A DNA stretch of 63,459 nucleotides, counting the filler. It is 3 parts of 3 records of this genome, joined end to end, with 100 filler letters (N's around TTAATTAATTAA, not from the genome) between each part and the next. Parts side by side here need not be neighbours in the genome. Positions count along the whole stretch, not along the records: positions 26,805 to 51,870 come from DRR723986_3470; positions 51,971 to 63,459 come from DRR723986_3473; 1 more part is not named here. One strand, given 5' to 3'. Positions 47,881-59,410 of this stretch are shown here, piece after piece. Positions within the stretch are counted from its first letter, which is position 1. Every line of letters starts with the position of its first letter. The notes beneath the pieces were generated by a model. The model had not been told where the DNA came from. It worked only from the letters and a program-made list of their open reading frames with translations, and did not search any database. The position numbers were made by a program, and so were the translations under genes.

Positions 47881-49908
47881 ATGCGCATCATGCACCTGGC
47901 TCTTGGCGGCTGCCTGAAGGCTCCGCCCGTCCGGTACGGTATCACCGAGGATACCGGCGGCCACATCGCCTATGTGCTCGGCGCGGCCGAGGCACAAGCC
48001 GCCCGAACGGACGTGGACCACGTGACGATCGTGACGCGCCGCTTCGATGACCCTTCCCTTGGCGCGATCTACGACCAGCCGCGCGAGGTGGTCTCTTCCA
48101 AACTGGAGATCCTGCGCCTGCAGACGGCGGAGCGCGGCTATCTTGCCAAGGAGGCGCTGGCCGCGGCCCTGCCGGGGCTGGAGCGCGCCTTTCTCGAGAT
48201 GCTGGACGGCATGGCCGACCGGCCCGACGTGATCCACGCGCATTTCGCCGATGCCGCCCGGCTGGCCCGCGCCGCGCATCGGCGCTTTGGCATCGCGTGG
48301 GTCTACACGCCGCATTCGCTGGCGCTGGAGAAGGCAGAGGGAGAGCGCGACCGCCAGCGGGTCTCGTCCGAGGCGGCAGCGATCCGGGGGGCGCAGGCCA
48401 TCGTGGTCTCCTCCCGGGACGAGGCGGAACGGCAGGTGATGCGCTATTGCCCCGAGGCCGCCGGGCGCGTGCACCGGGTGTCCCCCGGCGTCACGCTTGC
48501 CCCGGCCCATGGCACGCGGCGCGGCGAGCGGCTGATCGCCCCCTTCCTGACGGATGCGTCGAAACCCGTGGTCCTCGCGGTGGCCCGCCCGGTGCGGAAG
48601 AAGAACCTTGCCGCGCTGGTGCAGGCCTTCGCCTGCAATGCCGCGCTGCACGAGCGGGCCAACCTCGTGATCCTCGCCGGGTTGCGGGACAGCCTGTCCG
48701 ACGGCCCGGCCGAGCAGGTGGCCGTGGTGCAGGAGCTTTTCGACCTCATCGACCGGCACGACCTCTGGGGGCATGTGGCGCTGCCCCGGCGGCACGGCGG
48801 CGCGGACGTGCGGGCGCTTTACGAACTGGCGGCGCGGGACGGCGTCTTCGCCAACCCGGCCCATCACGAACCCTTCGGCCTGACCATCATTGAGGCGGCG
48901 CAGTCCGGCGTGCCGGTCGTCGCCACCCGCAACGGCGGTCCCGCGTCCATCGTCGAGGACATCGGCGCCGGGCTGCTGGTCGACCCGAACGACCCCGATG
49001 CGTTGGCCGACGCCCTGCTGGAATCCCTCGACGATCCGGAGCGCGAGATGCGCCGGCGCCGCGCGCAAAGGCGGGCGCAGGACCTTTACCGTTGGGACAC
49101 ATGGGCGGCCGAAGTGCAGCCGATCTACCGGCGGCTGTCGGCGCCCGCGCCCGTGGAGACCGCAACGCCGGAGCTGATCCTCGCCTGCGACATCGACGGC
49201 ACGCTGACCGGCGATACGGCGGCGGCGCGCCGCTTCGCAACATGGCGCCGGGACCACAACGAGGTCGCCTTCATGGTGGCCACGGGCCGATCGGTGTCCG
49301 AGGCGCGCAAGGTTCTTGCGGCGTGGCGGATCGACAGCCCGCCGGTCCTGCTGACCTCGGTCGGCTCGGAGCTTTGGCGCGACACCGGGCAGGGCGGCTA
49401 TCGGCTGTGCGAGGCCTACGCCCGGATGATCTCGGAGGATTGGGAGGCCGAGGCCGTGTCCGACGTCCTGCGGACGCTGCAGGTCCAGCTTCAACCCGAA
49501 CACGACCAGCGGCGCTGGAAGCGCAGCGCCTTCGGCGACGCCGCGGCGGCCCAGGCCATTCAGGCGGAACTCAGCGCCCGCGGTCTGGCGGCCCGGGTGG
49601 TGCATTCCCATGACCGGCTGATCGACGTCCTGCCCGCCCGTGCCGGCAAGGCCGCCGCCCTGCGGTTCGAGGCAGAGCGTCTGGGCGTGCCGCTGAGCGC
49701 CTGCATCGCCGCCGGTGACAGCGGCAACGACCTCGACATGCTGCGGCTGTGCGGGCGCCCCATCCTGCCCGCAAACGCCCGCGACGGCATCGCGTTGGCG
49801 CTGAAGGGGCGGGCCTTCCTCAGCCCGCTGCCCTATGCGGCGGGGGTGCTGGACGGGCTGGGCCGGGTCCTGAGCGACGCGCCCGGCAAGGTGGCCCGCC
49901 ATGCGTGA
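47881..49908 (+). CDS. Sucrose-phosphate-synthase-like GT4 fused to HAD-IIB phosphatase
   Basis: DTGGH, HAHFADA, TPHSL, RPVRKKN, EPFGLT..EAA; C-terminal CDIDGTL, ATGR, GK, GDSGND. Confidence 0.88.
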   Translation: MRIMHLALGGCLKAPPVRYGITEDTGGHIAYVLGAAEAQAARTDVDHVTIVTRRFDDPSLGAIYDQPREVVSSKLEILRLQTAERGYLAKEALAAALPGLERAFLEMLDGMADRPDVIHAHFADAARLARAAHRRFGIAWVYTPHSLALEKAEGERDRQRVSSEAAAIRGAQAIVVSSRDEAERQVMRYCPEAAGRVHRVSPGVTLAPAHGTRRGERLIAPFLTDASKPVVLAVARPVRKKNLAALVQAFACNAALHERANLVILAGLRDSLSDGPAEQVAVVQELFDLIDRHDLWGHVALPRRHGGADVRALYELAARDGVFANPAHHEPFGLTIIEAAQSGVPVVATRNGGPASIVEDIGAGLLVDPNDPDALADALLESLDDPEREMRRRRAQRRAQDLYRWDTWAAEVQPIYRRLSAPAPVETATPELILACDIDGTLTGDTAAARRFATWRRDHNEVAFMVATGRSVSEARKVLAAWRIDSPPVLLTSVGSELWRDTGQGGYRLCEAYARMISEDWEAEAVSDVLRTLQVQLQPEHDQRRWKRSAFGDAAAAQAIQAELSARGLAARVVHSHDRLIDVLPARAGKAAALRFEAERLGVPLSACIAAGDSGNDLDMLRLCGRPILPANARDGIALALKGRAFLSPLPYAAGVLDGLGRVLSDAPGKVARHA

Positions 49909-51043
49909 CTTTGCCATCGCACCCGCCCCCTTCGGCTATTTCGTGCACCATCAGGGGCGGGGCCACGCGGAACGCTGCGCGGCGCTGGTCAACGCCCTGC
50001 CGGAAAGCCGCCCGGTGACCATCTTCTGCGCCCGGGACGACATCTTCCCGAAGCTGCGGCCCAACGTCGACATCCGGCGCATCCCCTCGCTGTTCGAACC
50101 GACCGGGCAGGAGCTTGGCGCGACGGATCACATTCCCACCCCCGAGACGGTGCACTGCGCGCCCGTGGGCTGGCCGGGCATCCGCGACGCCATGGGCACC
50201 ATGGCGGGCTGGTTCGCATCCGCCGCGCCCGAGCTGATGATCTGCGATGTCAGCGCAGAGGTGGCGCAGCTGGCGCGGCTCTGTTCGGTGCCGCACGTCA
50301 AGATCCTGCAACACGGGGACCGCAGCGATCCCGGCCATCAGGCGGCCTATACCGGCGCGGTCGGGCTGCTGGCCCCCTTCGCCAAGGCCCTCGCCCAGCC
50401 GAATTGGACGCCGGCCCAGCAGGCGCGCACGCATTTCGCCGGAGGGTTGGGGCTGCGCGGCGCGTCCCCCACGCGGGACGAGGCGCGCCGTCGGCTGCGC
50501 ATCGACCCCGCCGCGCGCATGGCGCTCGTGCTGACCGGCGGCGGCGGTGCGGGCTGGTCCTCGGCACCGTTCGGCGTGGCCGCGCGCAGTTTCCCGGACT
50601 GGCAATGGGCGACCATCGGCACCATGCAGGTCGACTGGCACGCGACAGAGGGCGCGAACCTGACGCACCACGGCTGGGTCCCGAACCCCGAGGATTTCAT
50701 CGCCGCCGCCGACCTCGTGATCTCTTCGGCGGGCAACACCACCTGTGCGCAGATCCTGCGCGCCGCCAAGCCCTGGATCGTCGTGCCCGAGTGGCGGTAC
50801 TTCGACGAACAGTTGGAAAAGGCCCGCGCGCTGGCCCGGGCCGATGTGGCGCTGCATCTGGAGCATATGCCCTCCAGCGCCCATGCGTGGCGCGCCGCCA
50901 TCGCCACGGCGCTGGACCGCCACGCCCCCGAACGCCAACGCGCGCTGATCGACCCGCAGGCCGCCCGCAAGGCCGCCGACTGGCTCGACAGCCTGATCCC
51001 CACACCCCTTTCCGCACCCGCGAAGACAGGAGAGCTCGCATGA
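49901..51043 (+). CDS. GT-B fold glycosyltransferase (MurG/GT28-like)
   Basis: HHQGRGH, TGGGG, ADLVISSAGNTT, FDEQ. Confidence 0.8.
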   Translation: MRDFAIAPAPFGYFVHHQGRGHAERCAALVNALPESRPVTIFCARDDIFPKLRPNVDIRRIPSLFEPTGQELGATDHIPTPETVHCAPVGWPGIRDAMGTMAGWFASAAPELMICDVSAEVAQLARLCSVPHVKILQHGDRSDPGHQAAYTGAVGLLAPFAKALAQPNWTPAQQARTHFAGGLGLRGASPTRDEARRRLRIDPAARMALVLTGGGGAGWSSAPFGVAARSFPDWQWATIGTMQVDWHATEGANLTHHGWVPNPEDFIAAADLVISSAGNTTCAQILRAAKPWIVVPEWRYFDEQLEKARALARADVALHLEHMPSSAHAWRAAIATALDRHAPERQRALIDPQAARKAADWLDSLIPTPLSAPAKTGELA

Positions 51044-51870
51044 CCCGCATTTCCGCCCTGACCATTGCCGCCGGCCGCGCCGCGCACCTCAGAAATACCA
51101 TCGCCGGGTTCGAGGCACAGACCGTGCGGCCGGACGAGCTGATCGTCGGCGTGATGCAGGACGAGGACTATACCGACCTGCCGGAGACCAGCTTTCCGGT
51201 GCGGCAGATCCGCGTCACCGGCGAGGAACTGCCGCTGGCCGCCGCGCGCAACACGGTCGCCGAGGCGGCGCAGGGCGACCTGCTGATCTTCGCCGATGTC
51301 GACTGCATCCCGCATCCGAACCTCGTCTTCGACTATCTCGGGCATCACGCGCGCCAGTCCGGCCTGCTGATGGGCGAGGTCGGCTATCTGCCCGGCGGGG
51401 CGACGGAGTCGGGGCTCGATTTCGCCCGCTTCGAGAAGATCGCCGTGCGCCATTCCGACCGGCAGGGGCCGCCCCCCGAGGGCATCCGGCGCTGCGAGGA
51501 CTATCGCTGCTTCTGGTCGCTGAACTTCGCCATGGACCGGGCCAGCTGGCAGGCCTCGGGCGGGTTCGACGAACGCTATGTCGGTTACGGCGGAGAGGAT
51601 ACGGACTTCGGGCGCACGCTGGATGCCCGCGCCATCCCGATCTTCTGGGTCAAGGGGGCGAAGGTCTATCACCAGTACCACGCCCATTGCATGCCGCCGA
51701 TCCATCAAGTCGCCTCTGTCGTGCGCAATGCCGAGCTGTTCGCCGAGAAATGGGGCCATCGCACGATGGAGCACTGGCTTTACGCCTTCCGCCTGCTGGG
51801 CCTGATCGAGAACACCCGCAGCGGCATCCGCATCCTGCGCGAACCCTCCAAGGCGGATTTCGCCCTCTGC
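51040..51870 (+). CDS. GT2/GT-A glycosyltransferase (3'-truncated)
   Basis: LAAARN, DVD (DxD), GGFDERYVGYGGEDTDF, HQYH. Confidence 0.87.
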
Positions 51871-51970
51871 NNNNNNNNNNNNNNNNNNNNNNNNNNNNNN
51901 NNNNNNNNNNNNNNTTAATTAATTAANNNNNNNNNNNNNNNNNNNNNNNNNNNNNNNNNNNNNNNNNNNN
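51871..51970. other. Artificial contig linker (six-frame stop)
   Basis: N44-TTAATTAATTAA-N44. Confidence 0.97.
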
Positions 51971-54900
51971 GCGGCCATCGCCGCCATCGTTCAGGCTCGA
52001 CGTCTTCACGACCGCCAGCGCGGGGGCCTGCGCGATGGGCACGACGACCGCGTCCGGCAGGTCTTCGGAAAGCGGGTCGCCCTGCGGATCGTCCGCGGTG
52101 GCCGAGAAGGTGTTCTCGACCCCGCCCGCATCCAGCGCCTGCTGGTCCAGCGCGAAACGCGCGGTGTAGGTCCATGTCTCACCCACGTCGAAGGCGTCGT
52201 TGCCATCATCGCCGCTGTCGTAGATCGGCGCCTGCGTCAGCGTCAGGCTCGCGCCGTCCGCGTCGGTCAGCGTGTCCGTCAGGACCGGCGCGGTCAGCGT
52301 CACGTTGCCCGCGTTGCGCACGGTCAGGGTAAAGACGATCTCCTGGCCGATCACGGCGGGATCGGTCAGCGCGGTTGCATCCGCGGTCTTGGTCAGGACC
52401 AGAACCGGCGCCTTGAGGATCGGAGAGACGCTTTCCGTCGCCGTATCGGTGGCGGGCCCGCTGTCCAGCGGTCCGCTGCCCGTCGCCGTGGCAATGTTCG
52501 TCAGGGGCTCCTGCGCGTCGAGGTCGGCCTGCGTGACGGTGTATTGCGCGGTGAAGGTCACCACGTCGCCCGGCGCCAGAACCGACCATGTGCCGTTGTC
52601 CGCATCCGCGTCGGTCGAGGTGCCGATCTCGTTCACATCCGTCAGGAGCGTATCGCCCCCCACGGTCAAGTCCGTCTCGCCCGAGGCAGAGGTGTGCACG
52701 TCGGTCACGGCGACGTCGTCGAGCGTGACGTTGCCGGTGTTGGTGACGGTGTAGGTGTAGGTGATGGTCTGTCCGGCGACCAGATCGGCGGTCACATCCG
52801 CCGATTTGGCCAACGTCAGGGCCGGGCTTTGCTGCGCCTCGATGGTCAGCGCGTCGGTGGCCGGGTCCGGCACCTCTGTGCTGGTGGCGGTCGCGGTGTT
52901 CGTGACCTCGCCCGCGTCCATGTCCGCCTGCGTGACGGTATAATCGCGCGTGCAGGTATAGAACTCGGACGGGGCGATGCCGCCCGCCGGCAGACCGTCG
53001 CAGATGAAGGTGCCGATCTTGTCGTCGGTGATCTCCGGCGCTTCGGTCAGGGTGACGTTGCCGATGTTCGCGATGGTGAACCGATAGGGCACCACCTGCC
53101 CCGCCGCCGTGATCCGGGTGGTGGCGCTTTCCTTGACCAGCGTGAAGCGCGGGTCGAGATCCGGGCCGCGGACGAAGACCTCGCCATCGTCGGTCGCCTC
53201 GGGCAGGGCCGGGTTGACCGGAGTCGCCACGGCGGTCGCCACGTTGGTGAAGCCCGCGTAGGTGGTCGAGCCGTCGGAACTGCCCCCGTCGATGTCGGCC
53301 TGCGTCACCTCGTAGGTGAAGACGCAGGAGGAATCGCTTTCGCCGGGCGCCAGCTCTCCGATGGTGCAGGAGGCCGGAGTGACCGGCAGGCTGTCGGTGA
53401 TGGTGGTGCTGGCCTGCGTGACGTTGCCGTCGTTGATGACGGTGATCGTGAAGGTCAGCGGCTGGCCCGGGTCGGTGAAGGCCGTGCCCCCCGCCGGGTC
53501 CGGCGTGATCGCCTTGACCGTCTGGATGCTGGAGACCGGGGCGACCAGCGGCTGGCTGTGCGTGTCGCTGCCGGTGATCGTGCCGCCCTGCGGATCGGTG
53601 GCCGTGGCATCGGCGGTGTTGAGCAGCGTCTGCGCGTCGATATCGGCCTGTGTCACGGTGTAGGTGCCGGTGCAGAGCAGAGCCTCTGTCGGCAAGAGAA
53701 TGACGTTGGTCCCGGCCGGATTGCCACCCACCGAGCAGCTCAGCTCCGGCACGAGGGAATCCTCGATCGCCACGGCGGACAACGTCTGGTTGCCGTCGTT
53801 GGTCGCAGTGATCCGATAGGTCAGAACATCGCCCACCCGCGCCACGCCGTCGGTCAGCACCGTGGTCATGGTCTTCGCGACCGTCAGCACTTCGGTCTCG
53901 TCGGCCACGATCGTTTCCGTCGCCCGCGGAGACACCACGTTCACCGGGTTGGGGCTGGCCGGGGCGTAGACGGTGGTGGCGCTGGCGTTGTTCGTGACGC
54001 TGCCCCGGTCGAGGTCGTCCTGATCGATGGAGTACGGAAATTCGCAGACGAACTCACCGTTCGCGTCGGTGATCGCGGTGTTGCCGGGGTCCGGATAGTA
54101 GGGCACGAAGGCGCTCGCCGGGCGGCAGGGCAGCGCGCCCATCACGTCGTCCTGAACGGTGATCGCCTCGGTCAGTGCCACGTTGCCGGTGTTGCGCACG
54201 GTGAAGCGGTAGGTGATTTCCTGCCCTACCGCATCGAAGGGCACGTTGGTGGGCAGCGCCTCCTTCAGGAGTTCCAGCGCCGGGCGCGCGTCCACGGGAT
54301 AGATCGCATTGTCGCTGGGCGAGACGACGGGGGCACCGTCGAACGACCCGGTGGCGTAGACCACGTTGGTCGAAGAGCCCAGCTGCAGGTCCTCCACCGT
54401 CACGGTGTGCGTGGCCGAACAGGTCAGCGTGTCGCCAGGTGCCAGCGCGCCGCCGGGCACGGCGGGACAGGAGGGGGCCGCCAGATTGTCGGTCAGGGTG
54501 ATCGGCGCATCCACGGTCACGTTGCCGTCGTTGGTGACCACGATGGAGTAGGTCAGCAGATCGCCCTGCACGAACAGGCCGGGGTTCGAAGTCGAGACGA
54601 AGGTCTTCTCCACCGCCAGCGAAGGGGTCTGCACCGCGTTCACCGTGACGCTGCGGGGGGCCGAGGCAACCGGCGTGCCGCCAAAGTCCGTGTCGGCGGT
54701 GGCGATGTTCGTGACCTCTCCGGCGTCGATGTCGTCCTGAACGGCGGTCCAGTCCTGCTCGCAGGTGACGGAGGCTCCGGGCGCCAGCGGCGCCGCGGTA
54801 CAGGTCAGCGTGTCCGCGAACTTGTCGTCGTCGATCGTGATGGCGGCGGTGGTGGTCACGTTGCCGGTGTTGGTCACGACGTATTCGAACGTCACCACGT

Positions 54901-57900
54901 CGCCAACGGAATCGAAGCTGGCGGCGCTGCCGGATTTCACGCGCTTCACGAGGCGCAGGGCGGGGTTCTGGTCGGCGAGGACGGTTTCCGTGGCCGTATC
55001 CGTCGCCGTGACGGAGGCCGGATCGCCAAGGTTCTGCGGAATGACCGCCTGCGTGATGCTGGCCGTGGCCGTGTTGTCGATCTGCCCCGCATCGAGGTCG
55101 GCCTGCGTCACCCGGTAGCTGCCTGTGCAGGTATAGGTCCCGCCCGGAGCCACCCCGCCCGCCGGGAAGGTCGGACAGGTGATCTGCGGGATCATCGGGT
55201 CGGAAATCGTGATGTCCGAGGTCAGGGTGATGTTGCCGGTGTTCGTCACCACGAATTCGAACGGCACGACCTGTCGCACCGTGTCCATGGGCCCCACCAG
55301 CGTCGAAGACTTCGCAAGCGAGATCGCCGGGGCCTGAACCGGGCCGGTCAGCGTCTCGGAATCCGTGTCCGAGACGGCGGTCCCCTGCCCTGCCGACACG
55401 CCGCTGACGCTGGCGATGTTGGTGTAACTGCCCGCGTCGACGTCGCCCTGATCGAGCGACTTGGTCGCGATCAGCGGCGCACCGCCGGTGCAGGACGTCG
55501 TCGACCCGCCGGGAAGCAGATCGTCGAGGAAGCAGTCCAGCCCCAGATCCGGGTCCTGCACGCGCAGGTCGGTCAGGGTCACGTTGCCGGAGTTCGTCAC
55601 CGTGAAGGTGAAGACCTCGGTATCCGTCGCGCTGGTGTAGAGACCATCGGCAGAGGTCTTCTCGATGGTCACGGCGGCGGTCTCGGCCGGGCCCTCCACT
55701 GTCACGCTGTCCGAGGCCTGCGGCGGCGGGGCCACCCCGGCGGGCGCATCGGCATCCGCCGTGGCGCTGTTGGTGATCTCGCCCGCGTCGATGTCGGGCT
55801 GGCCGATCGTGTAGCTGGCCGTGCAGGTGACGTCCGTCGCACCGGGCGCGAGGGTCGGCACCACGCAGTTGACCGGCGACCCGAAGAAGGGATCGTTCAC
55901 CGTCACGTTGGTCAGGGTCACGTTGCCGGTGTTGGTCAGGGCAAAGGTGAAATCCACCACCTCGCCCGCCGCGGAGAAACTGGCCGGCGCGCGCTTGTCG
56001 AAGGTGAAGGAGGCCACCCGCGCCGGGCCCGTCACCGTCGTGCCATCGGTGACCGGACCCACGTCGGCATTCTGCGCAGAGCCGAGGTTGACCACCTGCC
56101 CCGCGTCCACGTCATCCTGCGTGACCGTATGGCGGTAGGTGCATGTGCTGTTGGTGACGCCCGGCGCGATGGTCGGGATGAGGCAGGAATAGCCCGCGTC
56201 CAGCGCATCGGTCACGGTCACGCTGGTCAGCGTCTGCGTGCCGGTGTTCTCGACGTTGAAGGTATAGGTGATGACCTCTCCGACCGAGGTGAAGCTGGCG
56301 CGGTCCGCCACCTTGCCCAGCGACAGGGATTTCGTCGCCGCAGCCGGGTCGACCAGCGCGGTATGGGTGTCGGTCTCGGTCTGCTGCGGCCCCTGCGCGG
56401 GAACCGCCACCGCCGTCGCCGTGTTGTCGATCCGCTCTGCGTCCAGATCGGCCTGACGGATCGTGTAGGGTGCGGTGCAGCTGTCGCTTGCCCCGGGTGC
56501 GATGTCGGTCAGGACGCAGGACAGCCCCGGCAGGCGCGGGTCGCTGACGGTCACCGTCTCGAGCGTCACGTTGCCGGTGTTCTGCGCGGTGAAGGTGTAG
56601 GTGATCGCCGTCCCGACCGCTCCGAACTGCGCCGGTCCGTCCTTCGTGAAGACCAGCGCGGGCGCCGCGGCAACCGGCACACTGACGCTGCTCGAATCCG
56701 AGCGGAAGGTGTTCGGCGTACCGCCCACCGTATAGGGGAAGCTGGCCGTGGCGGTGTTGGTCACCTGCCCCGCATCCAGCTCCGCCTGCGTGATGCCGCT
56801 GCGCACCCCGGTACAGCTGAAGCTTGCGCCCGGGTCGAGGGTCGCCGGTTGCGCCGAGCAGTCGAAGCTGTCCAGCGCCGGATCGTTGATCGTGATGGGC
56901 TGGAACAAGGCGATGATCTGCGTGTCGCCGGTGTTGGTGACGAGGAAGCGGTAGGTGATCGTATCCCCGGTGCCGGACACCGAGGCGGTGTCGGCGCTCT
57001 TGACCAGCGAGATTTCCGGATTGAGCGCCGGGGAAACCTGCGCGCTGTCCTCGGGCGAGACCACCGGACCGGCGCTTGCGGTCGCAGTGTTCACGACGGA
57101 TTGCGCGAGGATGTCCGCCACGGTCAGCGTGTAATCCTCGGTACAGGTGACGGAGTCGCCCACCGCCAGCGGCAGGGCCTCGCAGGAGAAGGTCCCGATC
57201 TTGTCGTCGTCGATGCTGATCTGCGTGACGCCGGTCAGCGCCTCGGTCAGGGTGACGTTGCCGGTGTTTGTGACCTGATAGGTGTAGGTGATCGTCTCAC
57301 CCACCTGAAAGCCCGCGGCGTCCACGGAGGGCGCCGTCTTGTTCAGCGCCAGCGCCGGACGCTGGCTGGCCGGCACGGTGACGGTGTCGGTGTTGCTGGT
57401 GACCGCTTCGGCGGCCGGTCCCTTGCCGGTCGCGCTGGCGGTCGCGACGTTGACGACCTCGCCCGCGTCCAGGTCGTCCTGATCCGTGACATGGGCGTCC
57501 GAGGTACAGGTGATCGAGGCGCCCGGCGCGATCTCTGTCGCGGCGCAGGTCACGGTGACCTTGTCGTCCGTCACCGCGGGCGCAATCAAGGAGACGGTGC
57601 CGGTGTTCGTCAGCACGTAGTCATAGGTCAACGCGACACCGGTCGCAGCGTAGGAGGTCGGCGCGCCGGAAGCCAGCCGCTTGTCCAGCGTCAGCCCGGT
57701 CGAGCGGATGGCGGGAACGGTCGCGCTGTCGGACTGGCTGTCGCTCAGGGCGCCGACGCTGATCTGGGCGGTCGCGCTGTTCGGCACCTCGCCCGCGTCG
57801 AGATCGTCCTGATCGACGGCGTAGCTCGCGGTACAGACGACAGAGCCGCCGGGGGCGATCGCTCCGGCCGGGCAACTGGGCGCGCCGGTCAGGTCGTCGG

Positions 57901-59410
57901 TGATGGCGGGCGCCGAGGGGAAGGTGACGGTGCCGGTGTTGGTGATCCTGAATTCGTACTGCAGGATATCCCCCACGGCGTCATAGTCCGTGGTCAGCGC
58001 GACCTTTTCGAAGCTGAAGGAGACGGTCGGCGTATCGCCGGAGAGGCTGACGCTGTCGGTCTCCGTCAGGCGCGTACCGTCCGGCGCGGTCGCCCGCGCC
58101 GTCGCGGTGTTGTCGATGGTATAGCCGGGGTTCGCGGCCACGGCGTCCACATCGGCCTGCGTGACCGTATAGTTCCCCGAGCAGACGAAGTCCTCGCCCG
58201 GCGCGAGGTCGGGCACCGGACAGGACAGGCCGGGCAGCCGGGGGTCGGTGACGCTGAGGTTGGTCAGCGTGACGTTGCCATCGTTGCGCAGCGTGAAGCT
58301 GTAGGGAACCGGCGTGCCCGCCGCCCCGAAGGTTCCGGCGGAACTCGCCTTGTCGAAGAACAGCACCGGGTTCTGCGCAGGGCCGGTCAGGGTCCAGTCG
58401 TCACGCAGCACACCCAGCGTCCCGGAGTCCGGCGTGCCCTCGGCGTTGGCGATGTTGGTGACGAAGCCGCGATCCACATCCTCCTGCGTGGTCACGTAGG
58501 TCGCGGTACAGGTGGTGGAATCCGGTCTCGGCGCGCCCCTTGGACGGTCGAGGATCACGGTATCGGCGCAGGAGACGGGCCCGATCTGGTCGTCGAAGAC
58601 GGAAAGGTCGCGGATCGGCACCGACCCGATGTTGTCGATCTTGTACGAGAACACCACGGACTCGTCCGGCCCGGTGAAGCTGGTCGTCGGCGCGGTCTTC
58701 TCCAGCGTATAACCGGGCGCGACCGTGACGATGTTGTTGTTGCCAAGCGACGGCCCGCGCGTGAAATCCCAGTAGTTGTCGTTCGGGTCACGGTCGAAGA
58801 CCTGCGTGACCGTCTGGCCGGTGGACAGGATATTGGAGAGCAGCGCCGCGTTCGAACTGCTGAACCAGCCGGTGTTGAAGGTGTTGTTGCCAAAGCCGGT
58901 GGCGAAGCCGAAGCTTTGCGTGCCGGCGTCGTTGGTGATCTCGGTCGTCATGCCGGACCAGCTGCCGACGTTGTAGCCGTTCAGGATCAGCGAGATGTCG
59001 TTCTGGTCGAAGCCGCCGGGCTGGGTATCGCCGTCATAGGCCGAGAAGCGGATATAGACCCGCGCCAGCCCGCCGCCGAAATAGGTCGAACAGTTAGAAT
59101 AGCCGCAGTCCAGAGAAATCGGGTCGTTGATCGTGAAGGGGTTGCCGCGGAAGCGGGAGGGCTGGCCGGAGTTCTGGAAGCCGATGAAGGCGCCGGTCGG
59201 ATCCGAGAACTGATAGTAGAGGTTGCCGTTCACGCCCTCCATGACGATGGCGACGCCGCCGGCTTCTGGATACCCGTTCGGCAGGACGATGGCGGTTCCC
59301 GGCACCGTGGTCGTGAACGGGGTGGCTCCGGCAAAGGAGGCCCAGACAAGGCTCGCGAGAACCGCGACCACGCGCGCGGCTGCCATCCTGTACGAAACGG
59401 CCTTACCCAT
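51971..59410 (-). CDS. Giant secreted Ig-like repeat protein (DUF11/DUF7507-like), putative adhesin; 3'-truncated
   Basis: Signal peptide, ~200-aa unique domain, then 19 complete ~110-130-aa repeats (K...Y/FxxxNxGNxxL..D..PG..QxDxDxG..NxA) and the start of a 20th. Confidence 0.88.

Noticed and set aside
38970-49917. Long alternative ORFs (e.g. 38970-41729, 41645-43219, 45444-46871, 47851-49917)
   Set aside because: Opposite-strand shadows of well-supported genes in high-GC DNA
46983-59410. Glycosyltransferases and sulfotransferase modifying the giant adhesin
   Set aside because: They are on different contigs separated by an artificial linker, so the adjacency is not evidence
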